A stretch of 64,000 nucleotides of DNA from contig OX597815.1 in the NCBI GenBank assembly GCA_951406725.2, forward strand, positions 121,706,001 to 121,770,000. Direction: 5' to 3'. The stretch comes from Octopus vulgaris. Taxonomy: Eukaryota. Position 1 is the stretch's first letter, and every line of letters begins with the position of its first letter. Positions 1 through 10,050 of the stretch are shown here, piece after piece. The notes beneath the pieces were generated by a model that was not told the origin of the DNA, did not search any database, and saw only the letters and a list, made by a program, of their open reading frames with translations. Both the position numbers and the translations under genes were made by a program.

Positions 1-564
1 AAGCTTTAGGAATTCATTAATGATTGGCTGGTCTGATATTCACTGCAGATTCAGGAGTCAATGAAACATCCCTGATGACATTAGTTTTCTTGAAGACATA
101 CACAATGAGTGCCTTATAACAAAGAACATGAATGATTACTCAATTTGAACAGCTAAAATCATTGCAACTAAAGGACAGTTATATTTTCAGATTCATTCTC
201 ATTCCTGCAAGCAATTCAAAACTTAAAAGCAAAGCAAACTCACATTTTAAAACTTATCTACTAACTCTGAGGTACAATATAGTATTTTTTTTTTTGTTAC
301 TGTTCTGACCATATTGACATCCCTTGAAATTCAAGAAGCTTATAGAATAGCCAAAAAAAAAATCTTTACTATATATTAAGGTACAGGCATGGGTGTATGG
401 TTAAGTTTATGGTTAAGAAGTTTGTTTTGGAAGCAAGTGATTTTAGGTTCAGTCCCTCTGTGCAGCATTTTCCACTATTGCCCAAGGCCAACAAACAGAA
501 TTTGAGGGAATTTGCTCAACAGAAATTGCAGGGACCTCATCATCTGTGTGTATGTACATACATA

Positions 565-1796
565 CCAGGCTTTGCGAAAGTCCTGTTACACTCGTCATGA
601 TGCTCTCAACAAAGGACACAATGATAGCTTTGATGCAGTTAGACACATCTCTATTGTTTTAATATACAATTATATGTTTAAATATTAATATTAATCAATG
701 TGACCACTCTTGGCAGCAAGCACATGCTCCAGGCAAGATCTGAAGGTGGCACACACACACATTGTGGATGCAGTCCTTCCTCATGCTGGCCCACATGCAG
801 TTGGTGGAGGACTTCAGTTCATTTATGTTACAGTGCGGATCTTGCAGGCCTTACCCTCGACATGTACCCACACACTGTAGTTGAAAGAGTTATGGTCGGG
901 CAACAGCAGCAGCCAAAAGTTCTTCGAGCAGAAGTTCATGTCTGACCCCAACCACTCTTGCATGGCTTTGGTCGTGTGTGCCAGGGTACTGTCCTGCTGA
1001 AACACATAGTCTGTCTTCTTTGTGATCTTTCTCACCCAGAGCAGGGCTTTTGTGGCCAAGATATCCCTGTAGTTGGCCACAGTGAGCCTGTAACCAGTTG
1101 CAAACCACACTAGCGGCATCTTCTCCCCATTTGAAGCATCATCATGGAGGCCAGATGCTTGGTCGTTGACACGTAGCAGATCTTGGAGAGATCCTGGCCA
1201 AAGCTGACCATTCAGTTGTTCTTGTTGACAATTGGATTGAACCTGAAGGCTTTTCCATCAGAAAAAATGACAATTCGATTGTTGTGACACTCGAAGTCAT
1301 TGAGAAGGCAACAACAGTGCTCCCGACATTGTTCTCACACACGGTCAGTGAGCAGAGGCCTTTCCATTCACCTCAAGCTCTTACTGCCCTCTTGCTTGAT
1401 GGCCCTGGACACTGTAACCACTGAGATGTTGTTCTTCATGAGCACAGTCATTTTGAGTTTTGGATCACTTTCAAAGGCCTTTCTCTCAGCCAAATGGTTG
1501 ACAACTTGAGGTCTGCCTTATTGAGGTCAATCTTTGAGGTCTTTACTGTTCTTAAGCATCTCTGTGACTCTGTGAACAGTCATCTGGCTGACTTGTTGTA
1601 GCTCATGTGCAGGAGAGCAGGGATCTTGATTCTTTTTGCTTCCATCTCAATACACCTTCTCACAATAGAAAAGACATTTTAATGACACATGCTGGAAAAA
1701 TAGAATGTTAAGTATGTTTGATAGCACTCTTTCTATCGCAGTCGTTAACCTCTTGAAAGATCAAAACCAATGTAACAGAACTTTTGCAAAGCCCAG
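565..1796 (-). mobile_element. Decayed Tc1/mariner transposon, maT/DD37D-like
   Basis: TA-flanked 26-bp imperfect TIRs (ccaggctttgcgaaagtcctgttaca at 565-590; tgtaacagaacttttgcaaagcccag at 1771-1796). The minus-strand transposase remnant YVFQQDSTLAHT...W....PDHNSFNYSVW is frameshifted. Confidence 0.85.
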
Positions 1797-1806
1797 TACA
1801 TACAGT

Positions 1807-2332
1807 GTCATCACAGTATTATCTACTGATGAGACATGATATTGTGGCTAAAACACTGTATAATGACATCTGTTAAAAGGACAACCCTGAGGCCAAAGAA
1901 ATAAGAACCTGCAGTATGGTAGAAGCCATAGCCATTCATAATAAGTACTGGTGGAATATTCCAATGAAAACCTCAATAAAATGTAAACATAATAGAGCTG
2001 ACATAGTGTTTTGGGACAAAGAAGAGAAACTGTGTACAGTTGTAGAAATCAGCTACCCAGCAGATGTTAACATAAAGCTAAAGATCAGTGAAAAAGGAAA
2101 TACCTATGCTAAACTATTGAGAAATCTACAGTTACTCTACCCAGATTACAAGTTCAGATTTATACATTTAGCTACTGAGACACTGGGATATGTAACACAC
2201 CACCTAAGTATCAATCTTGAGAAATTAGGTTTCTCAAAAGCAGAAAGGGGAAAACTGATTCAGAGACTACAGATCACAGCCATCAATGGAACTGTAAAAA
2301 TCTATAAAACTTTCCAGAAGTTTATCATTTAA
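1807..2332 (+). mobile_element. 3' fragment of a non-LTR retrotransposon with restriction-like endonuclease (R4/Dong/NeSL/CRE-like)
   Basis: RHDIVAK...WWNIP...KHNRADIVFWDKEEKLCTVVEISYP...KISEK shows the RHD and (P)D..E..K pattern of RLE domains, with an in-frame stop upstream. Confidence 0.75.
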
Positions 2333-2495
2333 ATATATTCACATATCTAGACATGCAACTATATGCATGAGAATACATACAAATCTGCACATGCACTGAT
2401 TCCAAATACTGCACATATACACACATGCATGCATGCATATATACAAACAAACAAAATCTGTATGCGAATGTTAATATTCAATATTTTCTTTTTAA

Positions 2496-2853
2496 TCCAC
2501 AGGCTTTTAAATGCCAACAAGTGATGTCAAAATTAACATCACTTCACTCAAACAGTGACAAATCATCATCATCGTCATCGTTTAACATCCGCTTTCCATG
2601 CTAGCATGGGTTGGACGATTTGACTGAGGACTGGCGAACCAGATGGCTGCACCAGGCTCCAATCTTGTAGAAACTCTGCCAGATCAAGATTGGAGCCTGG
2701 TGCAGCCATCTGGTTCACCAGTCCTCAGCCAAATCGTCCAACCCATGCTAGCATGGAAAGCGGATGTTAAACGATGATGATGATGATTTGTCACTGTTTG
2801 AGTGAAGTGATGTTAATGTTGACATCACTTGTTGGCATTTAAAGGCCTGTGGA
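2496..2853. repeat. Long inverted repeat, ~170-bp arms with 17-nt spacer
   Basis: 2496-2667 is the reverse complement of 2685-2853, with about 4 substitutions and one triplet indel. Confidence 0.95.
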
Positions 2854-4374
2854 ATAAAAAAAAATGCCTTACTTGTAGAATAGATATGTGTTGGCGACAT
2901 ACAGAGCATCTAGCTGTGGAATCCTACCTCAAATAATTCTTTATCCAAACCCATGCTAACATAGAAAAACATGCATTAATTGAATGAACAGTGATCTTTA
3001 AACCTATAAAGAATAACTTTATATATGAATTAAATCTATGGTATGTGAGGTCTAACAGTTAAGAACAAACTCTGTGATCTACTGTCTTCAGTTAAGGAAA
3101 AATTCCATAAAGTTATAACTGCTAGAAAGGTGATTCTATTTTCAGCTATTTCTTTGTGAGCCGCACTGAGTTAATTCTCATTTATGAAAGGGTGAAGTAA
3201 TTTATCTATATATAACGTTAGCATATTCAAAACGATTTTTCTCATGTAACATGTTTGAAGCAATTATGTAGCACCATACTTTGCAATAAAATTCAACTTT
3301 ACTTTATTCAGTATAAAAGTCTCTATCTGGGAAACTTTCTACATTTTTAATAGTTAAACAGTTACCATGCTTCAGTGTTAAAATGTCTCAAATTTTTACC
3401 CATCTTTTCATTATTTCTCCTTATTGATATGCACCAAGAACTGATTCACTGATTCACTCTTTAAAAGAAAATAAACTTAATGCACTTGTTACCATATAGG
3501 TGGAGAATCCTTAGTGCATTTCAGTTCATGATGACAGTTATATCTTAAGTTTAACAACTGTTTTTTTTTTTCATCTTGAAATAATATATAGAAGAAATGG
3601 TTTAGAAATTTATCTTGTCAGGAAGGAAGATAGATCCTTCATATAGTTTGAGGTTTCCACTGTAGTTGTTATAGCTACAGCTATTCATACTGTAGCTTTT
3701 CAGTACTGCCCACCCCATCATCCAATCAAATCATTTCTCACTATACATTAAGGGACACCCATCAATTTTCATTAGACAAAGAACTTTTTTTTCTTCCCTT
3801 CAGCATACTGACATTGCTGTTAGAACCAAAGAGTGAACTCCATTCCCTCAATATACATTCATCAGCAATGCAACACAATTGTCTGTTGGTTTAGTTCATA
3901 TGTTTTTAACTTTTAGTATAGTATGACCTGATAGTTAGAGTGTTAGGCTAACAACCATAAAGTCACAGGTTCATTTCTTGGACCAGGTGGTGCCTCTTGT
4001 TCTTGAGCAAGACATTTCATTTCATGATGTTTTAGTTCTGTCAGCTGAAAATGAGGGACAGTGGCATCATGTTCAGTAGGGTATTCATATAAACTCAGTT
4101 ACTTAAACACCATGTAAATTGGAAAAAGCTCCAGCTTAATGGACCTGTTGGCTTGAGAAAGAATTACCCTTAAGGAACACTAAGGTTCTTCATCCTACAT
4201 ACCTGAAAAAGTAATAAACTGCTCAAGTGACTTAAAATAGAATTGACCAAAAAGGTTTTAAGATGTACCTAAATAAAAAGCTGGATCTCAAATGTATGCC
4301 ATGATATGTATGGAGAGAAATGGGATGAACAATAAATTTAGGAAGCTAATTATATTTTAATTTATGTATATCAT

Positions 4375-4962
4375 TATCATCATCATTTGCTGTTAATTTT
4401 CCATGCTGGCATGGGTTGGACGGTTTGACTGAAGACTGGCAAGTCAATAGGCTGCACCAGGCTCCTATCTGATCTGGAAAGGTTTCTACAGCTGGATGCC
4501 CTTCCTAACACCAACCACTTCAAGAGTGCGGTGGGTGCACTTTTCATGTACCGCATTAATATGTGTGTGTGTGTGTGTGTGTGGCACAAAGCCACCTCAC
4601 CCCCTCACTACAACTCCCTTTTCAGCTAAAATGGATTTTGCCTTGTAAGTTATTTGGTGACTCTGTCAGTGCTGGTGACATGTAAATAGCATCAGTGATG
4701 GATGGTGCCAAATAGAAAGTACTGGTGCAGGTGCCATGTAAAAAACACTGGTATGGGTTCCACATGCAATGCACTGATGATGGTGCTACATAAAAAGCAC
4801 CCAGTACTCTCTGTAAAGTGGTTGGCATTAGGAAGGGTATCCTGTCATAGAAACCATGCCAAAACATATAGTGGATGCTGGTACAGACCCCTGCCTTACC
4901 AGCTCCTGCCAAACCATCCAACCCATGCCAGCATGGAAAATGGATATTAAATGATGATGATG
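4375..4962. mobile_element. Two oppositely oriented RTE-LINE 3' tail fragments
   Basis: Minus copy ~4375-4555 and plus copy ~4625-4962 of the ggaagggcatccagctgtagaa...aacccatgccagcatggaaa...(gat)n tail also seen at 9290-9430. Confidence 0.7.
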
Positions 4963-5710
4963 TGTGTGTGTGTGTGTGTGTTTGTGCAAGTGTACCTTTG
5001 TCTTAACTTCTTGTGACAGGTGTAAGTGAACATCATACAAGTGATGTTCATTCCTACTCTTCTGCTGAAAATGTGTCTGACCATGAGGAAATATTATCTT
5101 GCCTGGAATCAGGTAAGGGTCAGAGATAGGAAGAACCTCCATCTGTGGAAAATCTGCCTCAACAAATTCTGTCTGAACCATGCATGGGAAAGCAGGTATT
5201 AAATGATTATGATGATGAAGAAGAATTATCATCATTATTATTATTATTTTTCAATAGCCTTATTTTTAATCACGTGTTTTCACTGCACTGCTGAGCACAG
5301 TTATGTGCCTTGGGTATGTGCTGTGGTTTGTTGTGGTGCTCTTATTTTTACTGTATTGAAAGTGTTTTACATAGCATGTGTGCAGGCAGAAGCGTTAGCA
5401 CGCCAGGCAAAATGCTTAGTGGCATTTTGCCTGTCCTTACGTTCCGGTTTCCACTGAGGTCAACTTTGCCTTTCATCCTTTTGGGGTTGATAAATTAAGT
5501 ACCAGTGGAGTATTGGTGTCAATGTTATTGACTGGTCCCCTCGCACCAAATTTCAGGCCTTGTGCCTTTAGTAGAAAGGATTATCATTATTATTACTGAC
5601 GTGATATGCATATTTCAAAGTGAAATAAATACTAAACAGAATAATTGATTGTTGTTTTATTTCATATCAGTTATTGTGATGAATATTATTTATTTTTTAT
5701 TTATTTACTT

Positions 5711-5806
5711 ATTGTTGTTGTTGTTGTTGTTATTATTGTTGTTGTTGTTATTATTGTTGTTATTGTTGTTGTTATTATTGTTATTATTATTATTATTATT
5801 ATTATT
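5711..5806. repeat. (TTG/TTA)n trinucleotide microsatellite just upstream of the exon acceptor
   Basis: Directly visible; it explains the poly-Leu/Val/Ile ORFs at 5645-5875. Confidence 0.95.
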
Positions 5807-5847
5807 TCAAGAACTATTTCTAAAACAATTTTCTTTCTCTGTCATAG

Positions 5848-6023
5848 GCTTTTGTTGATAGCAATCCTTCTATGAAGTGGTGCCCTTACCCAGGTTGTGC
5901 TAGAGCAGTTCACCTACCAGAAATTGAAAATAACACAGGATCTAATTCGTTACTGTCTACCGTTAAAATACCAGAAGATACTTCTCGAGCTGTTGACTGC
6001 GGGAATGGTCATTATTTCTGTTG
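5848..6023 (+). CDS. ANKIB1: ANKIB1-like RBR E3 ligase, internal exon (IBR domain, N-terminal part)
   Basis: Acceptor ttctttctctgtcatAG, donor TG|GTCAGT (phase 2). Translates AFVDSNPSMKWCPYPGCARAVHLPEIENN...RAVDCGNGHYFCW, resembling the ANKIB1 IBR (KWCPxPGCxRAV...AVDCGxGHxFCW). Confidence 0.93.
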
Positions 6024-6311
6024 GTCAGTAACAAAATATTACCTAATCTTCAACTGAAATGTTTTTGTAATTTCTATTTTTCTTTACTTTTTGTTTGTTC
6101 CTTTTTTTGTTAATTACATGAGATGATGTCTGTTTATAAGTAAATGGCAAGAAAAAATAACAGCAGGTAATTAGGGTTAATGACAGCTATTTATCCAAAA
6201 ATTAATGTAATTATAGTGGAATATTTCTCACCCACCTCTCTCCCTCTCACTGTTTGTGCATGCATGTGCGTATATCTATATATATTTATATATCTATCTA
6301 GTTATATACTT

Positions 6312-6620
6312 AACGGGAAGCTTTATGAAAATAGACAAAAGACGAAGGCAGGTGGAAAACAAACGAACAATTGTATTAGTATGGCGCTCAGGAAATATAA
6401 ATAAAACAAGTCTTTAACGTTTCGAGCCTACGCTCTTCAACAGAAAGATACACAGAGAGACAAAAAAACACAGAAAGAAGGAGAGAAAAAAAAATGCGTG
6501 CAGTAGCTAACGAATCAACATGGCGATCTGATTTCGGCCAGAGGTCAAAGATCAAACATGAGACGCGAGAGCGAAATAAGGGGAGATAATAGGGTTAATA
6601 AAAGGGTTGAAGGACCAGCT
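6312..6620 (-). mobile_element. Penelope-like 3' terminal (pLTR-like) fragment with hammerhead-like motif
   Basis: Homologous to 36425-36640 (+). Contains ctgttgaagagcgtaggctcgaaacgtt on the minus strand. Confidence 0.55.
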
Positions 6621-6621
6621 A

Positions 6622-6945
6622 ATAGTGCGTAGGAGGGGTCTGGACGTGTGTATGTATAGGGTTGGTGTATGTATTAGTATGTATAAGGGTGTGTGTGTGT
6701 GTGTGTGTGTGTATGAGAGAGTATTAGTGCGTAGGATTGGTCTGGACATGCGTATGTATGGGGTTGGTGTATGTATTAGTATGTATTAGTACGTATTAGT
6801 ATGTATAAGTGTGTGTGTGTGTGTGTATGAGAGAGTATAAGTGCGTATGCGGGGTCTGGACGTGTGTATGTATAGGGTTGGTGTATGTATTAGTATGTAT
6901 TAGTACGTATTAGTATGTATTAATTGGTGTATGTATTAGTATGGC
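6622..6945. repeat. Tandem repeat, ~3 copies of a ~100-115 bp unit
   Basis: Unit gtgcgta....ggtctggac.tg.gtatgtat.gggttggtgtatgtattagtatgta(tg)n recurs at ~6624, 6727 and 6841. Confidence 0.85.
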
Positions 6946-7127
6946 ACATCATATATGATGTGATGTGTAACATCGTGTGGTGTAGTGAGGAGAAGGGGGG
7001 AGGGGAAGAAGAGGGGGGAAAGAGAAGGGGAAGGGAAGAAGAGGAGGGGAGGGGGAGGGGGGAGGAGGAGAGGGGGAGTGAGGGAGCAGAGGGAAGGGGA
7101 AGAGGGAAGGAGCTATCTATCTATCTC

Positions 7128-7722
7128 ATCATCATCATCGTTTAATGTCTGTTTTCCGTGCTGGTATGGGTTGGACAGTTTGACTGAGGTCTGGAGAGCC
7201 AGCAACTGCACCGGCTCCAATCTGATTTGGCAATGTTTCTACAGCTGGATGCCCTTCCTAACACCAACCACACCAAGAGTGTAGTGAGTGCTTTTTACGT
7301 GCACCCAGCACAGAAGCCAGTCAGGCAAGCCTGGCATCAGTCATGTTTGGATAATGCCTTTTACATGCCACCAGCATGGGAACCAGTCAGGGGTTACTGG
7401 CATCAGTCACATTCGGATGGTGCTTTTTACATGTCACCAACATGTCAGGGGGCACTGGCCACAGCTACGATTTTACTTAACTCAACAGGTCTTCTCAAGC
7501 GTATCATATTGCCCAATACATCAAGTGTACTCTTAAATGAGCTGGACATGCAATACTGGCATCGGCCATGGCTGCGTTTGCACTTTAGTTGCCAGATCTT
7601 CTGAATCACAGCATATCTCCAAAAGTCTCAGTCTCTAGTCATTGCCTCTGTGAGGCCCAGTGTTTGAAGGTCATGCTTCACCACCTCGTCATATGTCCTA
7701 CCTCTTCCACAGGTTCCTTCCA
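7128..7722 (-). mobile_element. RTE-clade LINE 3' fragment
   Basis: Reverse complement matches the 8565-9430 element (EGTCGRGR..DEVVKHDL, 3' UTR, (gat)n tail). Confidence 0.8.
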
Positions 7723-7729
7723 TCTATCT

Positions 7730-7730
7730 G

Positions 7731-7805
<75 letters not shown>

Positions 7806-8292
7806 GCATATATATATGCATATATGTTTTGAGCATGTAAATATGTGTATATGTATGTTCCTTTGTGTATATACATAAAAGTATATTGTGAAGGTGCATG
7901 GCCTAGTGGTTAGTGTGTTGCACTCATGATTACTTGATAATGGGTTCAGTTCCCAGACTGACCAGCATGTTGTGTTCTTGAACAAAACACTTCATTTCAT
8001 GGCAGTCCAGTCCACTCAGCTGTATATGGGTAACACTGCAATGGACTAGCCTTTCAATAGTCTGGTCAATCACATGATATAAATGTTTATTATATATATA
8101 TATATACATACACAGATACATGCATATATATACACACACGCATATATATACACACACACATGCATATATATATATATCTATATATACATACATACATACA
8201 TGTACATATATATATGTATATATATGCACACACATACATATATATATATATATGCACACACTCATACATACACACACACACTCACACACACA

Positions 8293-8338
<46 letters not shown>

Positions 8339-8355
8339 CATACATATATATGCAT
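7730..8355. repeat. Compound (CT)/(TA)/(CA) microsatellites flanking a tRNA-derived SINE (~7890-8080)
   Basis: Directly visible. The SINE head tggcctagtggttag...ggttcagttccc has A/B-box-like motifs and recurs at ~15890, 46139 and 3920. Confidence 0.8.
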
Positions 8356-8564
8356 ACCTCACCATCATTTAACATCTATTGTCCATACTGGCATGGGTTA
8401 GATGGTTTGATCAGAGCTGGTAAGCTGAGGGGCTGCACCAAACTCCACTCTGATTTTACATTGTTTCTATGACTGCATGTCCTTCCTAATGTTCAGTCCT
8501 GTGACATGGAACTTTTGTGAGAGCAGTTGAGTTTATTTCAGATTCTCTCATTTTAAAAATCTCG

Positions 8565-9430
8565 ACAGAGTGTAAGTACCTTGAGAGAAAAGTTGGACCT
8601 AAGAAGCTTCAGATGTGGTATGCAAGAGAGACGACTGTGCTGGTATGGTCAGGTGGCAAGAATGGATGAGAATAGCTGTGTGAAAAAGTGTCACATCCTA
8701 GCGGTTGAGGGAACCTGTGGAAGAGGTAGACCCAAGAAGACCTGGGATGAAGTGGTGAAGCATGACCTTCGAACATTAGGCCTCACCGAGGCAAAGACTA
8801 GTGACCGAGACCTTTGGAAATATGCTGTGCTTGAGAAGACTTGGCAAGCCAAGTGAGACAGTAACTTCGTGGCCTATGCCAGGGGTGTAACCAGCCTACT
8901 TATGCATACCTTCCCTTCATTGGACACTAAACTCTGCTTGCAAAGACCTGTTGAGGCAAGTGAAATTGAAATTGAAATCAAATTCGATGACTGGCATCCG
9001 TGCTAGTGGAGCGCTAAGAGCACCATCCGAGCATGATCCATTGCCAGATCAGCAAACTGGCTTCCATACCAGTGGCACGTAAAAAGCACCATTTGAGTGT
9101 GATCATTACCAGCATCACCTTACTGGCAAGTGAAAAAACATTCAAGCGAGGTCCAGTGTCACTGGACTCGCTCCTGTGCAGGTGGCACGTAAAAAACACT
9201 ATTTGAGCGTGGCCATTGCCAATACTGCCTGACTGGCCCTCGTGCCAGTGGCGCGTAAAAGCACCCACTACACTCTCGGAGTCGTTGGCATTAGGAAGGG
9301 CATCCAGCTGTAGAAATTCTGCCAGATCAGATTGGAGCCTGGTGCAGCCATCTGGTTCGACAGTCCTCAGTCAAATCATCCAACCCATGCTAGCATGGAA
9401 AGCAGACGTTAAACGATGATGATGATGATC
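8565..9430 (+). mobile_element. 5'-truncated RTE-clade LINE (ORF C-terminus, 3' UTR and (GAT)n tail)
   Basis: RRLCWYGQVARMDENSCVKKC...EGTCGRGRPKKTWDEVVKHDL...DRDLWK is the typical RTE C-terminal motif (RLxWxGHVxRM...GxRxRGRPxxxW). Confidence 0.88.
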
Positions 9431-9844
9431 TCTGGCTAACCGTTGAGAGGAGGTTTGCGCTCTCTCAGTGCTCTTGTTAATATTGTTTTGAATTCATTAT
9501 GCATCATCTTGTAGTTGTGAGACTTCAATGGTTGGGGGTGTTTATTTTTTGGAAAGACTTAATAGAGTAGGTGTGAAAAGCTAGCCTCACCATAGTTTGA
9601 CCATAAAACAAGTTGACTATTTTGGCTGAATATGACTGGTTTGAATGTTAAAGGGTTAAATAACTATTGATACATATCCATAGTTTGAAATTGTGTGGGT
9701 GTAAGCACAAATATCATATGGCTATGAGATATTTTGGTACAGTCATTTAGGTGCTGCTTATTTGGCATCAATGATTCTACACTGATTGATTTGACATCAG
9801 ATGTTTTAATCTCTCTCTCTCTCTTTCTCTCATTCTTCTATTTT

Positions 9845-10050
9845 TTGTGTGAACATCTACTGATGTTTATATGTATGTACACTGTCTCTTCCTCTCCTTC
9901 TCTTTCTCCTCCCACTCTCCTGCTTTTTGTGTAAGCATCTACTGATGTTTATATGTATGTACAATGTCTCTTTCTCTTGCTCTCTCTCTCTACTCCTGTT
10001 TTTTATGTGAGCATCTACTGATGTTTATATGTATGTACAATGTCTCTTTC
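9845..10050. repeat. Three tandem copies of tgtgagcatctactgatgtttatatgtatgtacaatgtctct plus CT-rich spacer
   Basis: Directly visible at ~9848, 9928 and 10006. Confidence 0.85.

Noticed and set aside
361-386. tatattAAG|GTACAG as donor of the missing upstream RING1 exon
   Set aside because: The upstream sequence has no ANKIB1-like reading frame and the site overlaps a SINE head.
5645-5875. Hydrophobic poly-Leu/Val/Ile ORFs resembling membrane proteins
   Set aside because: They arise from the (TTG/TTA)n repeat.
7589-8472. Many overlapping ORFs (YIYI/HTHT/CVCV)
   Set aside because: They are translations of dinucleotide microsatellites, not genes.
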